Source: Paraspadella gotoi
Lineage: Eukaryota; Animalia; Chaetognatha
Assembly: GCA_051294375.1 (NCBI GenBank)
Contig: CM119263.1
Span: 25,090,688 to 25,154,687, forward strand
Length of the DNA: 64,000 bases
Reading direction: 5' to 3'
The notes beneath the pieces were generated by a model. The model was not told where the DNA came from. It ran no database searches and was given only the letters and a program-made list of their open reading frames with translations. Shown here in pieces: positions 1 to 11,020 of this stretch; positions within the stretch are counted from its first letter, which is position 1, and every line of letters begins with the position of its first letter. Both the position numbers and the translations under genes were made by a program.

Positions 1-828
1 AGACGACATGGTCGCCTTTAGTAGGATTGAGGATGACAAGACATGACGATGACGACGGTCGCCCTTGAAGGCGGAGAAGTTGACGACAATGATGAAATTT
101 AATGCATCGCTATATTATCAACAGTAACGTGAAAATTGGTGACCATATTTGAATTCTTTGATTATATTATTTTATTCGATGGCTCGTAATTTATGAGACT
201 TTTTATTAAAAAAAATTTTCCGGTGTAATTATCTATATTAAATTCTGTTGCGTAATATCTTTCATGAACGATTCAAACCTCATTAACAGAAGAAGAAGTA
301 ATACAATTTTACGAATATGCGGTCGGAACTTAATGAAAATGGGATTATTGCGAATGAACGAAGCGGCATTTTGGTCAGAGATATTGGATGGTCCTGCGAC
401 ATAATCACTATATCATATAGATTTTTCCGATGGAATTCCTGAAATTAAATCAGCGATCTGTAAGTGGAGAGGAAATTTATAGAGAGTTCATAAAACACGC
501 GATCTTGTTGATTATCTCTTAATTAAGATATATGATAAAAGTATTGAGAGACATTTTAAAATATTATAAAAGTCACGAAAAAACCAAAAAAATGTCCAAT
601 ATGATAAGTTGAAATTGATCGTGATAATGTACATATTATAATAGTGATTTTCAATGTACCGTATTTCTCATGAGAGCAATCAGAGACGAAGAAAGAGGAA
701 GAGAGAATGAGGAGAAAATAAGAAAGAGGAGAAAGAGGAGAGAGGAGGAGAGAAAGAGTGGGATGACCGGAGGCTTTAGTCTTGGGTTTGATTACCGAGG
801 AGGCGGCTGGGAAATTCAACTCGAAGGG
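1..828 (+). repeat. Noisy duplicate of 10925-11777 (end of 55-bp minisatellite plus unique flank); probable gap-fill artefact
   Basis: Starts agacgacatggtcgcctttagtaggattgagg, identical to 10925 onward. Colinear with many indels up to ggaaattcaactcgaagg (~811-828 vs ~11760-11777), then switches abruptly to a copy of 9003 onward. Confidence 0.85.
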
Positions 829-864
829 TGTTCACTTTCCCTCTCTCTAATTTTTCCCTCCCAG

Positions 865-1808
865 GATCTCCCTCTCATCACGGAGCCGAAGCACTGGCCC
901 AAGTTCATCTCCCTTTGCATCTACACGTTCGAGGGCATCATCCCCTTGCTGCACCTGCGGGCGAGGATGCGGCAACCGAAGGACATGCTGGGCTGGAACG
1001 GCGTCTTGCTCACTGTGCTCAACCTGATCATGATCCTCTACGTCACCATGGGATTCTTCGGGTAAACTACACTTCCTTAATAAGTTAAACGTTTAAATGT
1101 CGTTGTACCCATTACCGTCACTTNNNNNNNNNNNNNNNNNNNNNNNNNNNNNNNNNNNNNNNNNNNNNNNNNNNNNNNNNNNNNNNNNNNNNNNNNNNNN
1201 NNNNNNNNNNNNNNNNNNNNNNNNNNNNNNNNNNNNNNNNNNNNNNNNNNNNNNNNNNNNNNNNNNNNNNNNNNNNNNNNNNNNNNNNNNNNNNNNNNNN
1301 NNNNNNNNNNNNNNNNNNNNNNNNNNNNNNNNNNNNNNNNNNNNNNNNNNNNNNNNNNNNNNNNNNNNNNNNNNNNNNNNNNNNNNNNNNNNNNNNNNNN
1401 NNNNNNNNGACTATCCAGAGATTCTTGTTTTTCAATTCTCAATAAAAATAATTCCTCACCTCCAACCCCCAACCCCGAACTCACCCTCTTCCCACACTTT
1501 CCTCCATCCCAGCTACCGCAACCAACTCTCCAACCACCTCCCCTCCTTCCTCCGACGCTTCCCCCTCCTCCCCGAGATGATCTTCCGCTTTCTCCTCGTC
1601 GTCGTCTACTTCGTCCCTCCTCTCGTTTATCCGTCCATCGACAACCTCATGTCGCTCATCGGGACCATCACGGGCGTGCCCCTCGGGCTCGTGCTGCCCA
1701 GTGTCGTCCAGTTGCTCGTCCGCCATCCCTCGGGCGACTACGGACCCAAGAGGATCCTCTTCTTCGTCTTCCTCTTCTTCATCCTCGTCTCATCCGCCGT
1801 CTGCGTCT
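865..1808 (+). CDS. SLC36/PAT-like (Aa_trans family) amino-acid transporter, paralogue A, 3' exons 865-1061 and 1513->1808 (partial, interrupted by N-gaps)
   Basis: cccag| DLPLITEPKHWPKFISLCIYTFEGIIPLLHLRARMRQPKDMLGWNGVL...LYVTMGFFG |gtaaac resembles the SLC36 'AIFAFEGIG...LENKM..P' and 'GFFGYL' segments. The last exon YPSIDNLMSLIGTITGVPLGLVLP resembles the 'LDLFISLVGA...LALI.P' helices. Confidence 0.8.
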
Positions 1809-2074
1809 NNNNNNNNNNNNNNNNNNNNNNNNNNNNNNNNNNNNNNNNNNNNNNNNNNNNNNNNNNNNNNNNNNNNNNNNNNNNNNNNNNNNNNNNNNNN
1901 NNNNNNNNNNNNNNNNNNNNNNNNNNNNNNNNNNNNNNNNNNNNNNNNNNNNNNNNNNNNNNNNNNNNNNNNNNNNNNNNNNNNNNNNNNNNNNNNNNNN
2001 NNNNNNNNNNNNNNNNNNNNNNNNNNNNNNNNNNNNNNNNNNNNNNNNNNNNNNNNNNNNNNNNNNNNNNNNNN

Positions 2075-2166
2075 GATTGACGATGACGGAAACGATGACG
2101 ACAATGACGACATGGTCGCCTTTTACGAGGATTGACGATGACGAAAACGATGACGACAATGACGAC
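2075..2166 (+). repeat. 55-bp minisatellite (gattgacgatgacgaaaacgatgacgacaatgacgacatggtcgccttttacgag), clean copy flanked by gaps
   Basis: gattga recurs at 2075 and 2130 (period 55); same unit at 1-95 and ~10225-11020. Confidence 0.85.
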
Positions 2167-2228
2167 NNNNNNNNNNNNNNNNNNNNNNNNNTCTAACAAA
2201 ATTAAATAATTTCCTTTTTTATACATAG

Positions 2229-2590
2229 TTTCTATGAGAAACATTTTAAATAGCCAACTACGTCCGCCTGCACGATTCCCCAATACTGTCAGAGATGACC
2301 TTCCGCCTTCTTCCTCGATCATCATCTTACTTCATTCCTTCCACTCGCGTATCCGTCATTGAGCACCTCATGGCTTTGTCGGCACAGTGGCGGGCTATTC
2401 CTCTATCGGTGATGTGCCCAACCTGGTGCAGCTCCTTGTACGCTATTCGGCGGACGAGACTTGACCCAAAAGGATTCTCTGCTTCATTTTTTACTGTTTC
2501 GTCGTCGTCGTTTCCATTGCTCTGGTCGTTATTGGTGTCGCTGAACAACGTCATCGATATGATCCACTTTTTATGAGAAAAAAGGGAGAG
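2229..2590 (+). CDS. SLC36-like paralogue B, terminal exon only (indel-rich sequence)
   Basis: After catag| the sequence reads across frameshifts as ...SEMTFRLL...YPS..HLMAL.GTVA..PL...PNLVQLLVRYS....PKRIL...NNVIDMIHFYEK. It is homologous to but distinct from 1513-1808. Confidence 0.65.
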
Positions 2591-4177
2591 AGGTATATAC
2601 TTAAAGGAATACTCATTATGATTGTGCAGATCTGACCTTAAATATAGTGCGAATATTCAAGATTCAACATGAAAAGGTTATATATACTCGACCCTTCATG
2701 TAAATAGTATAATCTCAAAGAAAGTGGCATAGGGAAAGATGTAAAAGTTACAACATGTAGTTCGTAGTTGCTCTCTCGACCATCTCCCTGTGTAATAAAT
2801 TTTAGATTATACAATTACAATTGATACATTCGGTCATAATTAATATAGACGAATAGTACTGGTAGTTTGAAGTATATTTTTCGTTATAGACCTTACCTTT
2901 GTGTGAGCTCCATCAGTCCGTTGATAGTCCCTTCTCTTACCCATTGTTGGTAAGTTAGAAGACCAGGATTTATATCGCACGCTATACCTCCTCCTCTCCT
3001 ATCTTCTCTGCTGGCTCTCTCTCCTACCTCGTACTCTTCTCTTCTCCTTCCCTCTTTTCCGCTATGTCCTGCCCTTTTCTAAGAATATATTGATCTAGTG
3101 TGGCAGTAGGCTGATATACAGGGCACGTCATCTAATTCGATACGCACCTTGTAATATTTAATTATAAAATTTTTTTCATACTAATAGGAAATATACTTGA
3201 CTTTTTTTCCCGCAATTCGTAAATTCTAGCTAGGATAGTTGCTACTGTTCATAAACATTTTCTTCAGAGGTAAATTTCTGAAGAAGCATTTTTAGTTACG
3301 CCTGGACGAAACCGTAAATATCTACAACAACACAACATCTCGCCTTAAGCGAGTTGGAGAGGCTTACGATCAGAAAATATAATGACACTTAAGTCGGTTG
3401 AATATCAGCTATGTTATAGCTTTGAACTTTTACTTGTATGGATAAAGAACTTTATTTTTCTTTAATTCATCCTTGTTTAAAATCAGTCAGGAATCTCGCA
3501 TGACAGCCGTAAATTGCTTACCTCGGTTTGATGGGTATTTTAAACGGCATAAAAATCCAGGAAAGTAATTATAACATGAACGGTAAGAATGATAATCTTT
3601 ATTTTTTTCTACTTGTGTTTGGAATTTCTCAACACTAGCATTTATACGGGTATTCTTGTATGTCACAAGATCAAAAAATTAGAAGCCCGCACAAACTATT
3701 ACATTTTAAATGGCGCAACTAATCTGTCTCTTGTGGGTTAGCAAGAAAGAACTTCGTCTGGCTGGATGTTTTAATGATGACTCATAATAATGACTCCGAT
3801 ATCCGTCTATGGCAAAAGTTATTTTGGCAAAATCCGGCAAAGGTTGAATTTGGAATAACAAAATCATTTCCTATTTTGTTTTTTAATAATTTTTATTTAT
3901 AGTTTAATTATATAATTTCTATTTACCTAAGCATTTATTAGATGCCATTGGAAGATAAAAATTTAAAAAAATAGAAAAGTACGTATGAAAAATTCGTCTT
4001 TCCCTAATAGAAAAAAAATTATGTATCTAAGACAAGTCTTTTGGGAAGTCAAATACTGCCCGCTGCGGAGGACAATTAGGACTTTTCCGCATCACCCGTT
4101 CGGTAATTAATCAGCCGTTAGTATATTGGATTAATTAATTCAACGTTATTGTTAATTGTTATTGAGTAATTTTTTTT

Positions 4178-6430
4178 AATGGCACTTCCTCTCCTTGTTT
4201 TTTTTCGTGACACTGCATAAGAAGCCAAACGCTTTCCGAATCACCCCTTGGTGCAAACTTCTGTGATCGCAGCCCGCCAGACCCAGCCGGCTCGTCCGAA
4301 GGCACAGCCTCCAACTTTGGCGCCAATCATTGGCATTTCCGGTACTTTCGTTGGCGCCGGTTCTCTCTCTCCCTATTTGCTTTCTCCTTCGTGGCATTCG
4401 TCGTTGGCTCTACGGTTGTCCTCTGTTTGTTGTTGTGGCCTCCTCAGCTCTGTGCTGCTTATGTCAACATTTGTTGATGCTGCACAAAGCGGCTCGGAGT
4501 GGACAGTTGTTGTTGTTTGAATATCAACATTTTTTTAGGCCAACAAATAACCAACCTAATGATTCCTGTTAAAACGATAAAACTATAAATGCATGTTGCC
4601 ATTGAACGATATTTTTCCTCAGAGACGAGTTCGACTGACAGCAAACGGACCTTGGGATCCGGCTTGGAAGCCGCCCTACGAGTGGCGGCCTGCTTGGATC
4701 AGCGACGTTGTTGCTCAGACGAAGTAAAAATTTTGTTTCAGTCATCGCCTGCTTGCCGAGATTCATTTTCGCCGGACCATTATTTGTCTTCATTGCATGA
4801 AAACGTTTCGGGTAAAATTAAATGGAATAATTAACTTTTTATTAGTGACATTGATATGAAGGATTCCGTTTTAAGCTTTTTATTACCAATTCATGTCACT
4901 AATTATCAATTAAAGCAATGCTGAGAAGTTGAGCGTTAAAAATACCTCATAATATTGACTAAACAAGAAAAAAGAAGATCAGTGATAAGTAAAAAATAGT
5001 TTTTCTCGTAAAATTTTTTTTGACGTCTTTAAGAACAATCATCTTTTATAAAATCATCTTTTTCAATGCCGGAATTACTTCAATTTGGCTTTATCTTGAT
5101 TATCAGTCCAAGCTTGAGTAGAATCCGTATTTTTCCAGATACGCAACAGGATTGAATTGGCGCAATCGCGGTCTGAATCTTGTCGGCGTTCCCGATGTGG
5201 CTGTTCTGGTATCAATTCGCTAGCAACAAGTTTCTTCAGCTTTATCTCTACTCGGCAACTTAGTCTTTTGCTCGGTTGGTTTTTCTTGTCATTTGGCAAT
5301 GCATCGTCAGGACCATTTGCGTTTTTCAAGTTATAAAAAATTTAAATATGGCAATATTGTGGTTAATTAGATTCAGATTGTTTTATTTCAGACCTTCACT
5401 TATGTGAGAATTATGTAAATTATTACTATATCTATATTCTATTACTCTATCTGTATGTTGTATGTTTAAAAAGTATTGAAAAATCTGCTGTGTTCAAACA
5501 GGAGCTGACCACATTCCTTCATATCATCAAAAATCCCCAAATATCATCGCATCTTGTCATCTACACCTACGAAGCATCGTTCCCTTTGCTGCACCTTCGA
5601 GCAAAAATGCGGCGTCCCATACGAAATGCTGTTTCAAGCGGTACAGTTCTTTCTCACAAATTCTCGCACTTTGATCATCATCTATATTTGGCGATGGCAT
5701 TCTATAGGTGCTGGGACACATGATAAAAGTTATTTTAAATTTTGAGTTTTTCAGATTCTAGTCCTTTGTTAAGTACATCATAATAATCTTTCGTGCTCAG
5801 CTCTTGGCTTAGCACGAATACCTTTTTTATCACTTTCAGTGACTAAGTATGGACCGGATACGGGCCGCACGATCACTCTCAATCTACCCAAAGAACCAAA
5901 ACTTACGATTCCACTGCGGCATCATCTTTAGCCTCGTCTTGCTAACCTCTTTTCCGTCAACATTTGCCAGTTTAGTTGATATCGATTGTAATGCTATTTC
6001 CACATTCTTTATATTTTAATTAATTAATTTAGAATAGATAAGGTAAAGTTTTTTTTCTCCTAGTTTCCACAAGCACCTTTATTTGACAAACTGCCCGTTC
6101 CGCTTTCCAAAACAATCCCCGCTTCTCTCCGAGATGACTTCGCTTTACTCTCGTTCGTGCTATATTTATATTCTTCCGTACGCATATCCCTCCCTTGGGG
6201 AACCTACTGGCTCTCATCGGCACGGTGCGGGATCCCAATTGGCGATCGTGCTGCCCAACGTGGTTGGCAGTGCTCGTCCGCTATCCCGCGACGCAGATTT
6301 TTGGACAAAACGAATATCTGCTATACTTTCACTTGTTATGTCGTCGTCGGGCCCGTGCTGTCGTTCGTCGTCTCGGGTCGTCGTTAGCTCATAGATATGA
6401 TCAACTTTTACGAGAATGAACACTTTCTGA
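4178..6430 (+). CDS. SLC36-like paralogue C, near full length (exons ~4178-4500, ~4624-4811, 5139-~5330, ~5503-5720, ~5840-5985, 6064-6430); many frameshifts, probably read errors
   Basis: Motifs seen across frames: ISGTFVGAGSLS.PFAF, IYTYEAS.PLLHLRAKMRRP, KYGPDTGRTITLNLPKEP, YPSLGNLLALIGTV, DMINFYENEH. Exon layout matches paralogue D. Confidence 0.7.
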
Positions 6431-7466
6431 ACAGGCACGGTAATAAGTTTAAATTTAAAACGTTTTAATTTACGTACCGCTAATGATTATGCAATGCATG
6501 ATATTATACGTAAATTATTCGAAGGTATATACTTCTTAGCTTTTTATTTACGTATTCTTTGGGAATTTAGTATAATTAAAAAAAGGCAAATGAAATACAA
6601 TCTTGAGGTGGTATCGAAACTTTAAAGGTCTATATTAAACCTTGACCGGCAGGGGGGGGGGGAGATAGAAAGATTAACCACTGCCCACTCATCACGAGAA
6701 ATAACGCAACAGAAAGTCCACGATTTTCGTTACCGTCAAATATCAAAGTCCAGAGTTCATCTCTCGCGATGTTTATCTTGAAAAGAAAAGAAAAAACGGT
6801 CTTCTCTTATCGATTGATTTCAGATTGTAAGTAGTTGTTAGAATGTTAAGGCAGCTCGGAACAACTTTACTCAACCTTTTTTTTAAAAATTTAATAAGCT
6901 TTTGAGAAATCGATTCTAAAGTTTATTCGTTTATCTTTCAGAAAATTAATTGCATGAAGTTTAAAAAATCTTATTATTTGTATAATATTTTTTGCCGTGT
7001 TAGACTTAATATCAAACCATTCGATCTCGAAAAACTTGGGTAGTTCGTTTATCAATAAATAGCAATTTCTCGACCGAATTTGAAGATTCCCAAAATCTCT
7101 AGGACAAAAGACATTGCGATCTGTTCTGAGCCGAAATTAATTTCGGCCCTTCTTTTGTGGTATATCTTTGAAAAATTTTTTTTCTCAGCGATCGGGTTTC
7201 TCTAATCTCTATTTCGTTAATTATTTTATAAATTAATTATCCTCTAAAAAGGGATTTGTTTCCGCCAGGAAATATTTAATTAACTCGAAATCATCTCGCC
7301 CAGTTTAACAAATCAGTAACACAAATTACATGCTAAGAAAAAGGCCAAATAAAAAAACTGAAGAGAAGCAACTGGGAAATTCCACTGAGATCCGCCCTGA
7401 ATGCTCTATTTTTTTTTCCAAGATATTTTGTGTGCATTTGTTTTCCTATTTTCTCTTTCTGTTCAG

Positions 7467-8949
7467 ATTTCTAAAAAAAATAATCCCGAGGTCGTCTCAG
7501 TGAAGATCCAATTCAAGCGATGAGAGACGCTACCTGCTCCGTATCGGGGAAGGGCCAGAGAAGCGTTTTCTCCGATGGGGAAGAACAACAGACGCTATTT
7601 GCAAGAGGCGGAGAGGGACGAAAGGCTTACGAGGGATCAGCTTGGCCTCGGGAAAGACCCGCCGATGAAGAATCCCTTGCAAAAAAGGTCGGTAACCATG
7701 ACAAATGCACAAGAAATTTATTGTCACCATTGGCGGCTGCTATTGGTAAAGTTCGATGATTAAAAACGCACAACGATTTTCATTCCTAGCAGATTCGGAC
7801 GCCTCCTCCAGTTAGCGAATCTAAAGCATCAAACTTAGCGACGATGATGTGTTATCTCCGGGACTTTCGCGCGCCGGAATCTTTCCCTCCCCTTCGCTTT
7901 ACCTTGGCCGGCGTGGCTCTCGCCCGATCGGCACCCTCGCCGTCCTGGGATTTCTCACTATTGGCTGCTACGGGATACATTTGATTGCGCGAGGGAGAAT
8001 GGAGTAAGTTTATTCATAGATTTGGTTTTATTATTGTTTATATGTTTTATATTTGTCACCTTTTCTTCCTATATTATTACCATTTTTAAGTAATTGAAAA
8101 AATGTTAAATTTTCTCAGTTGTTGTTGCTTTTTACGATTTGCAAAATATTTCACAAAACTTATTCCCAAATCTTTCACGATAGGAGAGGCGGCATCAAGC
8201 TGAGCGATTTAGGCTTCGTGCCTGAAGCTGCCTCAACGTGGGCCCCGGACTGCTTCGGCGAGGAGCTTTGGCGCGGAGAGCGAGGGAAGTCCCTCAACGC
8301 CTTGTCTGCGTCCCGCAGGTCGTCTTCGCGCGGACCTTACCCTTCTTCTCATCGCCAAGAATGTTCAGGTAGGGGATAAAGGTAGTTCCTGTAATTATAA
8401 CTTTCTCTTTTTCATTATATACTAAATCAATTTGCTATGCAATCCCAGGAAGTAGCCAACTTGACTGTTGGGAACGACCGGACCCGAATTGGATCATGAT
8501 TGATCTTTCCCTTAGTGGTGGTGATTCTCGGAGACTATCGTAGCCACTCGCTTTTCTCGGACTCATTCTCCTCAGCCGGCAACGTCATCTTTCGCATCGG
8601 ATTTCTTGCATTAATTTTGAGAAGGAGTCGTGCAAGACCCGTTGCCCTATCGGGGAGGGTGAGAGATAGTTGATCGATTGTTGGAGTCAATTAAATTGGT
8701 TAATGATTTAATTAGTATTAATTGGAATTAGATATTTATTTATTTATTTATTTATATTATTTATTATATTTATTTTTTTTTTTTATTTTATTTATTTTTT
8801 AATTTAATTTTATTATATTTATTTTATTTATTTATTTTTTTATTTATTTATTTAGTTATTTATTTATTTTTTTATTTATTTATTTATTTATTATATTTAT
8901 TTATTTTCTTTTCTTTCTTTCTTTCTTTCATTTCTTTCTTTCTTTCTAT

Positions 8950-8985
<36 letters not shown>

Positions 8986-10300
8986 TTCTTTCTTTACTTC
9001 GATTCACTTTCCCTCTCTCTAATTTTTCCCTCCCAGGATCTTCCTCTATCACGGCCGAAGCACTGGCCCAAAGTTCATCTCCCTTTGGGCATCTTACACG
9101 TTTCGAGGGCATCATCCCCATTGCTGCACCTGCGGGCGAGGATGCGGCAACCGAAGGACATTGCTTGGCTGGAACGGCGTCTTGCCACTGTTTGGCTCAA
9201 CCTGATCCATGATCCTCTACGTCACCATGCGGATTTCTTGGGTGGTAAACTACCACTTCTTAATAAGTTAAACGTTTAAATGTCGTTGGTACCATTTACC
9301 GTCACTTGTTACTGTCATTATTCACCACCAGATACTTTGAAATACGGGAACGACGTGAGCAAAACGATCACGGCTGAATCTCCCGCTGGCGCGCTCTACG
9401 AATTCCCTGCGCATTATATTCAAGCTGCTCCTCGTTCACGTTCGTTTCCAGTATGCAAATGATCCTATCGTGGGAAATAGTGTAAGGGATTCATGGGCAC
9501 TGGGCGTTTCTAACATAACCGTTATTGGAAGTTAATCAGTGTGAGAATAATGTTCAACGGCAAAATCATGTTTACTTAAATATTTTATTTGTTTGGTTGT
9601 TTGTTTAAAGAGCACGGCCGGATGTACACGAAAATGAAAGTGTCGTCCGGTTTTATTCCTCTCTCAATCATTGCACTTTGCAGGCAATTTGCAGTATTAA
9701 ACAAAGGGCATCATAGCGTGACTATCCAGAGATTCTTGTTTTTCAATTCTCTCAATAAAATACATTCCTTCTACCTCCAACCCCAACGCCGAACTCAGCC
9801 CCTCTTCCCACACTTTCCTTCCATCCCAGCTACCGCACACCTGTCTCTTACTCTCCAACACTTTCCCTCTTCCTTCCTCCGATCGCTTTCCCCTCCTCCC
9901 CGACGCTGATCTTTGCCGCTTTCTCTGCGTCGTCGTCTATCTTCGTCCTGCCTCCTCGATATTATCCGTCGCTCCATCGGACAACCTAGTGTCGTCTTCT
10001 TCGGCGACCATCACGGGGCGGTGCCTTCTGCGGTGCTCGTTGAGCTCTGCCCCTCCAGTGGGTCCGTCCAGTTGCTCGTCCTGTGCCATTTTCTGTGCGG
10101 GCACTACCGGGACCCGAATAGGATCCTCTTCCATTCCGTCTTCTCTTTCGTGTCATCTCCTCGTCTCATCCGTGCTGCGTCTTCGGGATTCGACTCGCCG
10201 GCTCTGACGACATGGAATAGCACTTTCTAGAGATTTAGATCGCAGATGATGAATGCCAATGAGACAAATGACGACATGATCGGCCTTCTCTCATGAAGAG
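7467..10300 (+). CDS. SLC36-like paralogue D (exons ~7467-7745, ~7792-8003, ~8184-8368, ~8449-8658, 9037-~9243, 9332-~9480, ~9830-10300); its 3' half is an error-rich copy of paralogue A
   Basis: N-terminal 'SGTF..AGI.SLPFAFTLAG' motif and the exon 'GYLKYGNDVSKTITLNLP'. 9003-10180 is colinear with 831-1808, introns included, with insertion-biased errors. Confidence 0.7.
8735..8995. repeat. Intronic (TTTA)n followed by (TTTC)n microsatellite
   Basis: Directly visible tetranucleotide runs. Confidence 0.9.
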
Positions 10301-11020
10301 ATTGAAGATGAACGCGGAAAACGATGAAACGACAATGACGATCATGATCGGCGCTCCTTAGTTCAATGGATATGGACCGATGAACGGGAAACGATTGACG
10401 ACAAGTGACGTACATGATTCGCCTTTTACGAAGGAGTTAGACCATGGATGATGACAATGACATGACGACATATACGCCCTTTTACGACGGATTGACGATG
10501 ACGAGAACCGATGACGACAATGACGACATGGTTCGCCTTTTACAGAGGGATCCGACGCATGACCCGAGAACGGATGACCCGACAGTGCGCAACAAGGTTG
10601 ATGAACGTGACCTTTAGATACACAGGATCTTTTCGATGTGACGGAGAAAACGTGACTGACAATGACGACATGCTCTGCCTTTAGACGGAGTATTGTAACT
10701 TGAGATGACGAAAGACGAATGACGCCTCTGCAGAGAATGAGACGAGACGAAGGTAGACATGGTCGCCTTTTTACGAGGTATTTGATCTGATGAAATGTGA
10801 TAGAAGACCAAAGTACGACATATCGCCATGCTTAAAGGATGCATTAGATGACGAAAAAGACTGAAGTGACGTGACACATGGTCGCCTTGAGCGGAGAGAT
10901 TGACGAAGATGATGACCAATGACAAGACGACATGGTCGCCTTTAGTAGGATTGAGGATGACAAGACATGACGATGACGACGGTCGCCCTTGAAGGCGGAG
11001 AAGTTGACGACAATGATGAA
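10225..11020 (+). repeat. 55-bp minisatellite array (noisy copy), starting at the SLC36-like C-terminus
   Basis: Repeated gacgacatggtcgccttttacgaggattgacgatgacg-like units with indels. Confidence 0.8.

Noticed and set aside
1077-2325. Long ORFs full of X
   Set aside because: Artefacts of translating N-gaps (also at 11.8-15 kb and 18.6-19.9 kb).
5075-5329. Minus-strand 84-aa ORF that looked like a foreign insert
   Set aside because: The plus strand from 5139 is homologous to the SLC36-like exon at ~8449-8658, so it is an exon of paralogue C.
10225-11020. Regular repeats resembling a CRISPR array
   Set aside because: No unique spacers, no cas genes and a eukaryotic context; it is a tandem minisatellite.
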